Shown: positions 1-9,534, counted from the stretch's first letter. The stretch is DNA of 64,000 nucleotides from Candidatus Poribacteria bacterium (GCA_965215015.1 OZ244042.1:5063354-5127353); one strand, 5' to 3'. Numbers and translations are program-made. The notes: generated from the letters alone by a model not told the origin.

Positions 1-392
1 CCCGAAGCCGAATGCTTCTGGGAGCGCATTTGGCGGGTACTGCGATCGAAAACTCCATGCTCGGTGCCGCACATGCCTGCGCCAACCCCTTGACCGCTAG
101 ATATAATATCACACACGGTATCGCAGTCGGACTGATGCTGCCCAGTGTAGTCCGCTTTAACAACCAAGCGGTGAGTACGCTTTATCAGGAATTATGCCCT
201 TCGCCGCTGCACGAACGCGTTGCCGAATTAAAAGCTGTGGCAGGACTACCCGAACGGTTAAGAGATTTTGGAGTTCAGCAGGAAGATTTGCCCCAATTGG
301 CAAAAGAAGCAGCAAAGCAATGGACAGGGAAATTTAACCCACGGCAGGTCAACGAATTTGAATTACTAGAACTTTATGAATCAACTTATTAA
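1..392 (+). CDS. Iron-containing alcohol dehydrogenase, C-terminal fragment (5' end outside window)
   Basis: ORF 12..392 translation GAAHACANPLTARYNITHGIAVGLMLPSVV matches conserved C-terminal His-containing metal-binding region of the Fe-ADH family; reading frame open to window edge. Confidence 0.65.
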   Translation, partial: RSRMLLGAHLAGTAIENSMLGAAHACANPLTARYNITHGIAVGLMLPSVVRFNNQAVSTLYQELCPSPLHERVAELKAVAGLPERLRDFGVQQEDLPQLAKEAAKQWTGKFNPRQVNEFELLELYESTY

Positions 393-1551
393 TACACAAT
401 ACGCAAAACGGATTACGTTTCACGTTTCATGTTTCACGTTCTACATTTTTCTCAGCTATATCCTGATCCATCTTATTGGACAAAGCCAAGCGGCCTCTGA
501 TGACTGGCTTAGCTTTCGCGGCAACCCTCAACTCACCGGTGTTGCTACCATCGAACTACCCGAAAACCTTGAACTGCTCTGGACATTCGAGACGGAAGAT
601 GGAATCGAGTCTACTGCTGCGGTTGCAGCAGGAACGGTTTATGTCGGAACTTTAGATGGCTACCTGTACGCCATCAATCTTGAAGACGCGGAATTAAAGT
701 GGAAGTATCAGGCGTACGGCGAGATTAAATCTTCTCCCACTATAGCCAGAAATGTGGTACACTTTGGCGATGGCATGGGCGTCTTTCATGCAGTAGATGC
801 CCAAACGGGTGAACTTAGATGGACCTTTGAAGCCGAGGCTGAGATTATTTCATCCGCAAACATTGCTCAAGATCGCCTGCTGTTCGGTTCTTATGACCAG
901 TATCTTTACTGTCTCTCTGCCGAAGATGGTTCGTTAGCCTGGAAATTCGAGACGGAGGGATATGTACATGGGACGCCAGCAATTGTCAACGGTGCGGTTG
1001 TTATTTCAGGGTGCGACGGTTATCTGCGCATCATCAATATCGCTGATGGTGTGGAACGGCAAAAAATCGCATTGGGGGATTATGTCGGTGCCAGCCCCGC
1101 TATTTTGAACAACCGTGCCTATGCGGGGACTTTTGGGAATCAAGTATTGTGCGCGGGACTGGAAAACTCAGAAATTCTTTGGTGGTATCAACACCCAGAG
1201 CGACATTTCCCATTCTATGCTTCGGCGGCTGTAACGGAGGAGCTGGTTGTCATTGGTGGACGTGACAAAATGGTTCACGCGCTGCAACCACAGACAGGCC
1301 AACCGCTGTGGATATATCCTGCCAAGTCGCGGGTCGACTCCTCGCCGGTCATTGTTGGCGAGCGCGTTTTCTTTGGGACCGTGGGCGGAGAACTCGTCGC
1401 GTTGAATGTCAATTCAGGCGAAAAAGTCTGGGAATTTGTAATTGGGGCATCCATTATTGCCTCTCCGAGCGTTGTGGCGGAAAAACTCGTCATTGGCGCA
1501 GACGATGGCCGCATATACTGCTTTGGCGAAAGGGAAACAAAAGATGACTGA
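376..1551 (+). CDS. PQQ-like beta-propeller repeat protein (BamB/PQQ-binding-like), secreted
   Basis: N-terminal hydrophobic segment; repeated ~40-aa units of the form G-x-[VL]-Y-x-G-[ST]-x-D-G-x-[LV]-x-A-[LVI]... with W/K (e.g. GYLYAINLEDAELKWKY, TGELRWTFEA, DGSLAWKFE) typical of PQQ-type propeller blades. Confidence 0.7.
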   Translation: MNQLINTQYAKRITFHVSCFTFYIFLSYILIHLIGQSQAASDDWLSFRGNPQLTGVATIELPENLELLWTFETEDGIESTAAVAAGTVYVGTLDGYLYAINLEDAELKWKYQAYGEIKSSPTIARNVVHFGDGMGVFHAVDAQTGELRWTFEAEAEIISSANIAQDRLLFGSYDQYLYCLSAEDGSLAWKFETEGYVHGTPAIVNGAVVISGCDGYLRIINIADGVERQKIALGDYVGASPAILNNRAYAGTFGNQVLCAGLENSEILWWYQHPERHFPFYASAAVTEELVVIGGRDKMVHALQPQTGQPLWIYPAKSRVDSSPVIVGERVFFGTVGGELVALNVNSGEKVWEFVIGASIIASPSVVAEKLVIGADDGRIYCFGERETKDD

Positions 1552-2890
1552 ACAATTGAAAACAACAACTCCTGAACCAGCGACAACACGGACTGACTCA
1601 AAGGAGACGGAGGTCGGAAGTGTTTTTGTTTCAAACTATCCACCCTATTCATTTTGGGGAAAAGAATATGTGCGGGAAGCAATAAACGCATTGAATTCAC
1701 CACCAACCCCGGAAACCTCTTTAGGGCTTTATCTGCATATCCCGTTCTGCCGTAAACGGTGTAAGTTCTGTTACTTCCGAGTTTACACAGATAAAAATAG
1801 CTCCGATATCCAAACCTATCTTGATGTGTTGGGGAAAGAGGTTGAGCTTTACTCCGAACTTCCATCTGTGGCGGATCGGCCCCTGAAATTCGTTTACTTC
1901 GGCGGCGGTACGCCTTCCTACATTAGCAGCAACCACTTAAAAGCACTGGTCAAACGGATTAAAGCGATAATGCCTTGGGATAGTGCCGAGGAGGTAGCTT
2001 TTGAATGTGAACCGGGGACGCTGACACAAGGCAAGTTGGAAGCAATTAAAGGGATTGGCGTCACCCGGTTGAGCCTCGGCGTTGAAAATCTCAATGACAC
2101 CATCTTGGCGGAAAATGGACGAGCCCACCTTTCCAAAGAGGTATATCGGGTGATGCCCTGGATTGCCGCCCTCGAATTTCATCAGGTAAATATAGATCTC
2201 ATCGCGGGGATGGTAGGGGAAACGTGGGATAGTTGGAGGGATACCGTCCAGAGAACTATAGACCTGAATCCTGACAGCATCACCGTTTATCAGATGGAAT
2301 TGCCGTTCAACACCGTTTACTCAAAGGATCTTTTTGGAGGCAAAAATCTATTTGTAGCGGATTGGAAAACGAAACGGGAATGGCACCACTATGCGTTTGA
2401 GCAATTGGCAGCCGCCGGATATAAGATGTCTAGCGCGTACACAATGGTAAAAGAGGATAAGCCGGGGAAGTTCGTTTATCGGGACGCGGTCTGGCGCGGC
2501 TGCGACATGCTGGGCACAGGCGTTGCTTCTTTCTCTCATATGAGTGGCGTCCATTTCCAAAATGCACCAAGTTGGGACAACTATGTTAATTCGCTTCATA
2601 AAAATCAGTTGCCGCTGGACCGTGCGTTCCCCACCACGCCGGAGGAACGTCTGACCCGAGAGATGATACTACAATTAAAGCTGGGCAAAATAGAGACAAT
2701 CCATTTCCGCGAGAAATTTAATGCCGATATTTTAGAGGCGTTTGGGCCAACTTACCTGAGACTACAAGATGAGGGGATGCTGACCTTCGACAAAGATACG
2801 GTAACGTTGACGCGGAAGGGATTGCTTCGGGTAGATGGGCTGTTGCCGGAGTTCTACGCTCCCAAATATCAGAATGCGCGGTATACGTAA
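1544..2890 (+). CDS. Radical SAM protein, HemN/HemW-like (oxygen-independent coproporphyrinogen III oxidase family)
   Basis: LHIPFCRKRCKFCYF = CxxxCxxC radical SAM cluster motif in HemN-like context; ATG at 1544 overlaps previous stop (ATGA coupling); ~449 aa. Confidence 0.75.
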   Translation: MTEQLKTTTPEPATTRTDSKETEVGSVFVSNYPPYSFWGKEYVREAINALNSPPTPETSLGLYLHIPFCRKRCKFCYFRVYTDKNSSDIQTYLDVLGKEVELYSELPSVADRPLKFVYFGGGTPSYISSNHLKALVKRIKAIMPWDSAEEVAFECEPGTLTQGKLEAIKGIGVTRLSLGVENLNDTILAENGRAHLSKEVYRVMPWIAALEFHQVNIDLIAGMVGETWDSWRDTVQRTIDLNPDSITVYQMELPFNTVYSKDLFGGKNLFVADWKTKREWHHYAFEQLAAAGYKMSSAYTMVKEDKPGKFVYRDAVWRGCDMLGTGVASFSHMSGVHFQNAPSWDNYVNSLHKNQLPLDRAFPTTPEERLTREMILQLKLGKIETIHFREKFNADILEAFGPTYLRLQDEGMLTFDKDTVTLTRKGLLRVDGLLPEFYAPKYQNARYT

Positions 2891-2920
2891 GGATGGGTTT
2901 CCAACCTTCAATCTCCCGAG

Positions 2921-3595
2921 TTAAGAGACAGATATAACCTCTGGAGCAATACCTAAGAGCCAGATAATTATTGCCCCAAAACATGCCTTGGTCCTATCTG
3001 TACCGGCGAAAACACGGATGGCTATCGTCAGTACAGCGAGATACCATAAGCTCAAAGGATTAAAGTGACTCAGAAACGTCAGCAACTTGACGCTTTCACT
3101 TGAACCCAACAGCAGATGCAACCCCGGAATTATTTTCATATCTGCTGCGCTCTTGATAGCTTCAACATCCCTAAAAACGACTAGCAATGCTGTATTAACT
3201 AGGGCTATCAGGAAGCTGATCAACGAGGTATGTACAACGGCTGAGTAGATGTGTCTAAATGTTATCGCACCATTTATCCCGAAAAGACGTGCTGCCAAGG
3301 TCAGTATCGCGCTTATAACGAGGAGCCAAATAATCGGTGCCACAAGCGAACTAATAAGAACAACTATTTGGCTAATTTTTAGTGAGATTTCAATTTGCTC
3401 AGAGGGCACTCCTCCCTCTGTCATTTGTTGGTGTATAAGCTGTTCGGTAAAGGGTAACATAGCCCACCCAACCCCAACAGCAAACAGACAAAGGATAATC
3501 ATTGCCAATCCCCACTTCGGCCCCGATTTGAGGCGTGCAAACGCGGCACTCGGTTCAGCGAGAATATCCACGATATTTTGCCAGCTGTCTTTCAT
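2921..3595 (-). CDS. Yip1-family-like polytopic membrane protein
   Basis: 224 aa, N-terminal soluble segment then 5 hydrophobic helices; N-terminal pattern DILAEPSAAFARLK...W resembles Yip1 domain proteins. Family call tentative. Confidence 0.4.
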   Translation of the reverse strand: MKDSWQNIVDILAEPSAAFARLKSGPKWGLAMIILCLFAVGVGWAMLPFTEQLIHQQMTEGGVPSEQIEISLKISQIVVLISSLVAPIIWLLVISAILTLAARLFGINGAITFRHIYSAVVHTSLISFLIALVNTALLVVFRDVEAIKSAADMKIIPGLHLLLGSSESVKLLTFLSHFNPLSLWYLAVLTIAIRVFAGTDRTKACFGAIIIWLLGIAPEVISVS

Positions 3596-3606
3596 AATTT
3601 CCCCCT

Positions 3607-3825
3607 TTATTCGGTTTGGACCTCCGCGCGTGGCGTTCGAGAATCGCTACCATAGGAGACTCTTATTAAGGGAGGCCGCATGATTTCAGATATCATAACA
3701 GATTCTGCAACAGAAGGTAAGAATTTTCGTCGTCTGCTTACAACAAAACCTAAGTGGTTGCAATACCATTTGATTGATTGATCGAGATTGCTCACTCTAA
3801 CGCGCGTGTGTAAAAAGATAGCCAT
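3607..3825 (-). pseudogene. Possible truncated VOC/glyoxalase-family N-terminal fragment
   Basis: 72-aa ORF; IFLHTRVRVSNLDQSIKWYCNHLGF matches the VOC N-terminal beta-alpha-beta motif, but the ORF terminates far short of a full ~125-aa VOC domain. Abuts the tandem repeat block at 3851. Confidence 0.25.
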
Positions 3826-3850
3826 TCTAATTCCCTTTCTGCGTTTGGGG

Positions 3851-4215
3851 CGTCAAAAAAGACGGACCCCCCTCAGTCCCCCCGCAAGCAGGGGGAAGGG
3901 GAGCGGAAAAAAAAGAAAACGAGAGAACAGGCTTCCCGTCTTTCCGCGCGTCAGGGAAGGTTCCGGTGCAGTAAACATTCCCTTTAGAGGGTAACGGCAT
4001 CGGGACTGGTGTCCACTCCCCCTCCTGGCGGGGGGGCGATTTTATGTTAAATTCAGAGAAAAGCTCCTATCCACTCATTGGGTTCTGGTATTCTATAAGA
4101 CGGCCCCCCCTCAGTCCCCCCGCAAGCAGGGGGAGGGGGAACGGAAAAAAAAGAAAACGAGAGAACAGGCTTCCCGTCTTTCCGCGCGTCAGGGAAGGTT
4201 CCGGTTTCGTTCGCA
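3851..4215. repeat. Tandem duplication (2 copies, period ~239 bp) of a noncoding unit containing G/C hairpin CCCCCCGCAAGCAGGGGG and an A-rich tract
   Basis: Near-identical ~110-bp cores at 3859-3968 and 4098-4208 (AAGACGG..CCCCTCAGTCCCCCCGCAAGCAGGGGGA..GGAAAAAAAAGAAAACGAGAGAACAGGCTTCCCGTCTTTCCGCGCGTCAGGGAAGGTTCCGG). The ORFs the tracker calls over them are just translations of the repeat. Confidence 0.8.
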
Positions 4216-4252
4216 ATTTCCGTATGGCTAAAGTGAAACAAGCCGATCTGGT

Positions 4253-7200
4253 TTATTTCAGTATCAACATCCGCCGTGTCTCTGTGAATGTGCCTGCTGT
4301 CAGTGTGTAAAAATAGAGCCCACTGGCGACAGACTCACCCAGCTGATTCCGTCCGTCCCAATATACCGCACGGTTTTGACTCTGATATATACCTGCGCCT
4401 CGATGTCCCACGGCTAAACGGCGCACTACCTCCCCGTTCATATCATAGATGGTCAGCGTGACTTCTGCCGATTCTGCTAATTGATACGGTATCCATGTCT
4501 CCGGGTTAAACGGATTCGGATAGTTTGCCAATAATGCAGTCTCTTCAGGAATCAACGCGGCTAACAGGTTTTGGAGATTTGCGATACCCTGTTTGAAGGC
4601 AAGCGACCCGTCATCTGCCACCTGTGCCTGTGCAATCCATGCCGCTATGGTCTCAGGATTTACCCCCAGTGAGGAAGGTGCCGGGGCGGCAGGTGCTGTG
4701 GTGTTCCCGATCCCCTGCGCGATGCCGATAAGGTCAAGGATGCTGACAACACCATCTCGGTTGACATCTACCGGTGAGTTGGGGGCCACCTTTTTCCCCA
4801 ATTGCTGTGCGACGAGAATGAGATCCAAAATACTGACAACGCCATCTCGATTCACGTCCCCGGTCGCCAGGCGTCCCTCGACAGCGATGCGAATTTGACG
4901 CGGTCCTGCAGGAATAGTATCGCCGGTGATGGAGCCGAACTGGAAATTCTGCAGCACCAACTCGGTTTCACCGGCAGATTTCGCCCTGAACCTGACCTGC
5001 AGCAGGGTGCCGGTGCCATTTACACCTTGGGCAGCCAATCGCGCCGCACTGAGCCCTGAGATTTTACCTGCCGCGTTATCGATGCTCTTCCCCTGAAAGA
5101 AGGTGGAGCCCCCGTCTACCTTCAGGAAATCGCCTTCGTTCACGTCAATGGCTTCGAGGGCAGCCGGGTCAAAGGCAATATCGAACTGCCAGCCTGCCAA
5201 GTCGGAGACGGTTTCGGCGCGAAGATCAAGGGTAAAGGTATCACCTGTATGAATGGGTGTCTTGGAAAAAGCGTATCCGACACCGGGGTTTGCCACTGTA
5301 TATTCGGTGCCGGGTTCAAACCCGAAAAAGGCATTATACTGGGCTCTAACGGCTACCAATAGCACATTTCTTCCCTGCTTCAGTGTGACCGGCAGAGAAT
5401 CCGTGTAACCGAAACTCGCATGGTAACGGAGAGACTCGTAAATCAGAGTCCCGTTGAGCCAGACCTTAAAGTCGTTATGACTGCCAACGTATAGTGTTGT
5501 GTCCTGTTGTCGTGGTGAATGCAAGGACACCGTGCCGTAGAGGCTGGCACCATCGATGTGGCCGTCAAGCATTTGGCGAACATTAGCCCAACCCGTAGGC
5601 GGGAGTGTGCGGTAGGTCCACACATCATCGCCTACAGAACTTCCCACGGTTGCCCCATGGGTAGCAATCTCCGTCTCTGTTACCGCCCCGCCGCTCACTT
5701 CTGACAGTAAGTCCTTACTGCTACTCGGTCTTGTTTCCGGTAATACAACCCATAACCACGGCCCCTCGATTGACGGTCCCACTTTTGGGAATCCGGGATT
5801 GTCATGCCAAACGAACGTCGTTATATTCTCGCCGAATCCCTGCAGCGGAGAAATGTCAGAAATCTCGTTGTCATGGATCACTAGCCATTTCAAGTTGGTT
5901 GCCCCTGCAAGGGGGGATATATCCGATATATTGTTGTTCGCGAGATTCATACGAGTTAGCTGTGTTAACCCTGCAAGGGGGGAGAGATTCGATATGTCGT
6001 TGTCCCGAAAATGCAGTTCCTTCAAGCCGGTTAGGCCTGCTAAAGGCGTGAGATCTGATATCTTTCCGCCGTGCATAGTTATCACCTCCAGTTTTGTTAA
6101 GCCCGCCAAGGGCGATAAATCGGATATAGAGCTGCCCCAACCACCACTAATGCGTTTGAGGTTGATTAATCCTGAAACCGGCGACAGGTCGGAGATATTA
6201 TCACTTCCCAAATGTAACACCTCCAGATTGATTAATCCGGCAATTGGCAATAGGTTAGATACCAAAGTGTGTTGAAACGTAAGGAGAGTGAGATTTGTTA
6301 AGTTCCTCACAGGAGATATATCGGATACCGAAGTGTGATGAAACTCAAGGTAAGTGAGATTGGTTAAGTTCCTCACGGGAGATATATCGGATACCAAAGT
6401 GTGCTGAAACTCAAGGTGAGTGAGATTGGTTAAGTTCCTCACAGGCGATATATCGGATACCGAAGTATGATAAAACACAAGGCGAGTGAGATTTGTTAGG
6501 CCTCTCACAGGCGATATATCGGACAAGAGGTTGTCGTGAATCCGGAGATCGCGCAGTTCGATCAAGCCCGCTAGCGGTGAGAGGTCGGAGACCTGATTGT
6601 CGTTAATATTTAACCGTGTCAGATTGGTCGCAAACTGCAGCCCTGTCAAATCACGGATGCCCCTGTTCGGCACATCGAGTCTTCCTAACCTTGCCATATC
6701 CTCGGCAGTAATCGGAGTATTGGGGCTCTTGTCCAGTGCCTCCGCTATTGCCGCACGCAGGTTTGGGTCCGGGATAGACACAACCGTACCCGGTATCCCT
6801 ACCGGCGGTGTTATCGCCGTGGGAGGGGTGAAACGCTCCGGGAAATCCAACGCAAAAACTATATCCCGAAAACTCGATGTCCATGTGTCCCGTTTCATAC
6901 TTCCATTCTCACTGTCTAACACCAGCAAACCGATGTCCTGTAGCCCTATATTCTCACGTATCTTTTCCAAGAACGCCCCCGGCTCTAACCCAACCGCGGC
7001 TGCGGCGTGTGCTGTGTCTACCTCCTCCTGAAATGCCTCGTGGAAACGGGCAATCGGTTCTATATCATCAAACGCACCGCCCGTCGCTTCAAGGGCACCC
7101 CTGTACCGGTTCATATCTTCACTTATGAGCGCGTCCAGCTCTGATTTTGCCACGTAGAGCCGCAACGCCTGCGCTTTGTCATAAGTGGGGGCGGCATTAC

Positions 7201-8518
7201 TCGCTATCACCGAACGGACTTGGTCCTCAAAGGGCTTCATACCCTCTGTGTGGCAACCGAAACAGGATAAACCATTCCGCACCGTCGGATCACTCGCTGC
7301 GGGATTAGAAACAATGTTTATCGGTGCCTCATTTAGGCGGAAACCGGCCCCATTGGCAAGGTAGTATCCCTGTAACCCGTTGGGTAGGTTGAAGATAACC
7401 TCACCACCATCGTGGGTGAATGACAGGGGGTGGGTGAAGATGTTCTGTGTACCCACACTCCCCGCAAAGTCGTAACTTTTCCAATAGGCACCATAGCGAG
7501 AGGTGTGGCGTTCTATCACTCGGTTGTGATTGGAGACACCCGAATTGTTGGTGCCTGCCCGCCAGACACGCACCCCCGGTGCATTTTGGAGGTTACGGAC
7601 AACATCGACTTCCAATCGGGTCTCTAACTCTCTATCTGTTAATGGGAGAGAGAGTAAATCATGGTAGAGTGGAGGTAAAGAGGCTTGTGCTATAAACCAG
7701 TCGACATGAACCGATGGTATATCAGATTTCATCTCCGTCTGTAACCGGGTGAGTTGGGCCCGTAGTGCGGTCTGTGTCGGTGCATCAAACCCGATGTGAT
7801 AGGGATATGCTGCTTCTATCTGCCCCCACCCATCATTGCGATCCCACTCGTAGTGTCGCAGGTCAATGTAGAGGATGGTGCCTTGGCGGTCAATGGGTTG
7901 TGGGTTGGTGACGGTACTCCCCCATGAGAGGCTATTGACCAGTTTGGAGAGTCCGTTACGATAGCCGTCAAGAGCGCGCGTTGTCTCACCTGCGTTATAG
8001 AGGTGTGTCATTGTGAAGTACCGGGCAAAGGCACGGTCAAACGGTGCAAGCGACATGACGTGAGTCTCGATGGTATTGAGTATTTCACCGGGGGAGATAA
8101 AGCGTCTATCGGCTGCGGGGATTGCCGCCCAATCGGGTGCGCCAGCGAATATCCAGTTTCGGATGGTGGCAATCGCTTGAGTGGATAGCCGGGGTTGTCC
8201 AAGGGGCATCCGTTTGGCTATCTCAGTCGTCAGGAGCCGGTTATACAGTTCGGAGGCATTGGGGTTTCCGGGGACCACTGTCCCGTTTTCGATGAGTGAG
8301 TTGTGTTCCATTAGGAGTGTCTCTCGATAGGCACCGTCGGGTCCGTGGCAGATGAGGCAGCTCTGTTGAAAAATAGCGTAGGCATCTTGGGCAATCTGTT
8401 GTTGGGGGTATACATTTTGATAACCTACGATGCACATCAATAGACTAATAAGTGTGATACGGTGCTGCCGTTGTTTGCAAATTCCGATCAAATAGGAAAT
8501 GAAATGACGCTTAAACAT
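4253..8518 (-). CDS. Giant secreted cell-surface protein: PSCyt1-like CxxCH heme motif region, ~10 leucine-rich repeats, dockerin-type repeats, T9SS/Por C-terminal sorting domain
   Basis: Start at ATG 8518 (MFKRHF..., AAGGAG 9 nt upstream) with hydrophobic signal. CLICHGPDGAY...VVPGNPNASELYNRL resembles the Planctomycete cytochrome C (PSCyt1) domain; a second CFGCH motif follows. ~10 units of the form LTNLTxLxFxHTxVSDISPVRN (LRR). GDVNRDGVVSILDLILVAQQLG x2 (dockerin Ca-binding repeats). C-terminus NYPNPFNPETWIPYQL...IYDMNGEVVRRL...WDGRNQLGESVASGLYFYTL...RRMLILK matches the Por_Secre_tail/TIGR04183 CTD. Confidence 0.8.
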   Translation of the reverse strand: MFKRHFISYLIGICKQRQHRITLISLLMCIVGYQNVYPQQQIAQDAYAIFQQSCLICHGPDGAYRETLLMEHNSLIENGTVVPGNPNASELYNRLLTTEIAKRMPLGQPRLSTQAIATIRNWIFAGAPDWAAIPAADRRFISPGEILNTIETHVMSLAPFDRAFARYFTMTHLYNAGETTRALDGYRNGLSKLVNSLSWGSTVTNPQPIDRQGTILYIDLRHYEWDRNDGWGQIEAAYPYHIGFDAPTQTALRAQLTRLQTEMKSDIPSVHVDWFIAQASLPPLYHDLLSLPLTDRELETRLEVDVVRNLQNAPGVRVWRAGTNNSGVSNHNRVIERHTSRYGAYWKSYDFAGSVGTQNIFTHPLSFTHDGGEVIFNLPNGLQGYYLANGAGFRLNEAPINIVSNPAASDPTVRNGLSCFGCHTEGMKPFEDQVRSVIASNAAPTYDKAQALRLYVAKSELDALISEDMNRYRGALEATGGAFDDIEPIARFHEAFQEEVDTAHAAAAVGLEPGAFLEKIRENIGLQDIGLLVLDSENGSMKRDTWTSSFRDIVFALDFPERFTPPTAITPPVGIPGTVVSIPDPNLRAAIAEALDKSPNTPITAEDMARLGRLDVPNRGIRDLTGLQFATNLTRLNINDNQVSDLSPLAGLIELRDLRIHDNLLSDISPVRGLTNLTRLVFYHTSVSDISPVRNLTNLTHLEFQHTLVSDISPVRNLTNLTYLEFHHTSVSDISPVRNLTNLTLLTFQHTLVSNLLPIAGLINLEVLHLGSDNISDLSPVSGLINLKRISGGWGSSISDLSPLAGLTKLEVITMHGGKISDLTPLAGLTGLKELHFRDNDISNLSPLAGLTQLTRMNLANNNISDISPLAGATNLKWLVIHDNEISDISPLQGFGENITTFVWHDNPGFPKVGPSIEGPWLWVVLPETRPSSSKDLLSEVSGGAVTETEIATHGATVGSSVGDDVWTYRTLPPTGWANVRQMLDGHIDGASLYGTVSLHSPRQQDTTLYVGSHNDFKVWLNGTLIYESLRYHASFGYTDSLPVTLKQGRNVLLVAVRAQYNAFFGFEPGTEYTVANPGVGYAFSKTPIHTGDTFTLDLRAETVSDLAGWQFDIAFDPAALEAIDVNEGDFLKVDGGSTFFQGKSIDNAAGKISGLSAARLAAQGVNGTGTLLQVRFRAKSAGETELVLQNFQFGSITGDTIPAGPRQIRIAVEGRLATGDVNRDGVVSILDLILVAQQLGKKVAPNSPVDVNRDGVVSILDLIGIAQGIGNTTAPAAPAPSSLGVNPETIAAWIAQAQVADDGSLAFKQGIANLQNLLAALIPEETALLANYPNPFNPETWIPYQLAESAEVTLTIYDMNGEVVRRLAVGHRGAGIYQSQNRAVYWDGRNQLGESVASGLYFYTLTAGTFTETRRMLILK
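6250..6540. repeat. Intragenic tandem DNA repeats (4-5 x 66 bp, ~90 percent identical) encoding consecutive LRR units
   Basis: Repeated GAGTGAGATTGGTTAAGTTCCTCACAGG[AC]GATATATCGGATACCGAAGTGTG.TGAAACTCAAGGT units visible directly in the sequence. Confidence 0.85.
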
Positions 8519-8715
8519 AGGGAGTGTCTCCTTATAGATAGTTTTTCTGAGGCCTTTGCTGGGTATCAGCTTCACTTACCCCCATTTTTTTGAGAGTTGT
8601 AATGTTGGTTGTTTTTGAGAGTTTTAGATATGAGAAAGGGTTGTCAGATATGGTAAAATACCTCCCTGTCTAAAACCTATCTAAAATAACCATTGTTTTA
8701 AACAAGGAGGTATTA

Positions 8716-9367
8716 TGAAAGGCACCCACCGCCATAAGCCGGTGAATCCCAGTTCTATGATAACCACTCTGACCGAGATTGTCAACCCCGTATTGAAAAG
8801 ACCGGCGTTAAAAAACCTGATACTCAACAGATTCCGTTTGTCATCCGGGTGTGTCGTAACGCGCGTATGACCGTCTGGGGAACTGTTAAAAAGGCAGAAC
8901 AGTTGCAGGCAACGGGCTTCTATCCACAGATTCTCTATCACTTAACCGAGCAGATTCGACTCAACCTGTATGTCGTCAGAGAGGCGCGGTTTGCTGAACC
9001 GATGCATCTGATTTCAAGTCATCTGACGGGGTGTCAAATACACCACTATTATAAGCGAAGAATGCAGATTGAACACGGCTTTCGGGACATCAAGACCGGC
9101 TTTGGCTTTGGCAGCTTGAGACTCAAAAAACCGTCAAAAGCCCGCATCAACCTGTTATGGCTCTTAGCTTGTCTCAGTTATGGCTTACTGTTTATCACTT
9201 ATCAAAAGTCAGGAGACCGATGGGCAAAAGCATTCAACACACGGACAAAAATCTACTCACTGATTACGGTCATAAAGCGAGTGGCTGCTGAGGCATGGCG
9301 CGGGTGGTGTCTCAATCCCTGGTTCACACTCCCACTGTGCAGGGGAGATACATACAAACACACTTAA
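8716..9367 (+). mobile_element. IS4-family-like transposase remnant (two short ORFs, truncated)
   Basis: 172-aa ORF 8849..9367 contains HYYKRRMQIEHGFRDIKTGFGFGSL, matching the conserved C-terminal Y-x-K-R-W-x-IE-x-x-F-R-x-x-K region of IS4/IS701-type DDE transposases. Only ~220 aa total versus ~350-450 for intact transposases; upstream 51-aa ORF at 8716. No TIRs identified. Confidence 0.45.
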
Positions 9368-9534
9368 TGACAACTATTCTCACTATCCTAACTCATAAAA
9401 ATACATCAAATCTATACACAAAAAAAAATGGGGGTAAATGAGAAGAATTTTCTGATAGCGCGGCTACACCTATGACTGATCCAACAAAATGCAGTTGTCT
9501 TTCTTTGGGCACCATGCCATAATATCGACTCATC

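Noticed and set aside
3607-3825. Calling the 72-aa VOC-like ORF an intact gene
   Set aside because: Too short for a VOC domain; only the first beta-alpha-beta module is recognisable, so at best a truncated remnant (kept as a low-confidence pseudogene).
3851-4215. Possible CRISPR array next to the Cmr region of the window
   Set aside because: There are only two repeat copies, with ~110-bp units and a 239-bp period, and the spacer-like segments are themselves similar; inconsistent with CRISPR repeat-spacer geometry. No other regularly spaced 25-40-bp repeats were seen anywhere in the window.
3788-4310. Plus-strand ORFs 3788..3994 and 4044..4310 (PLSPPASRGKGSGKKRKRENRLPVFPRVREGSG in both)
   Set aside because: They are translations of the two tandem noncoding repeat copies (identical peptide from identical DNA), low-complexity and without RBS; not genes.
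4593-7695. Multiple 60-160-aa plus-strand ORFs inside the giant surface-protein gene
   Set aside because: Antisense/shadow ORFs within a long, motif-rich minus-strand CDS; no independent support.
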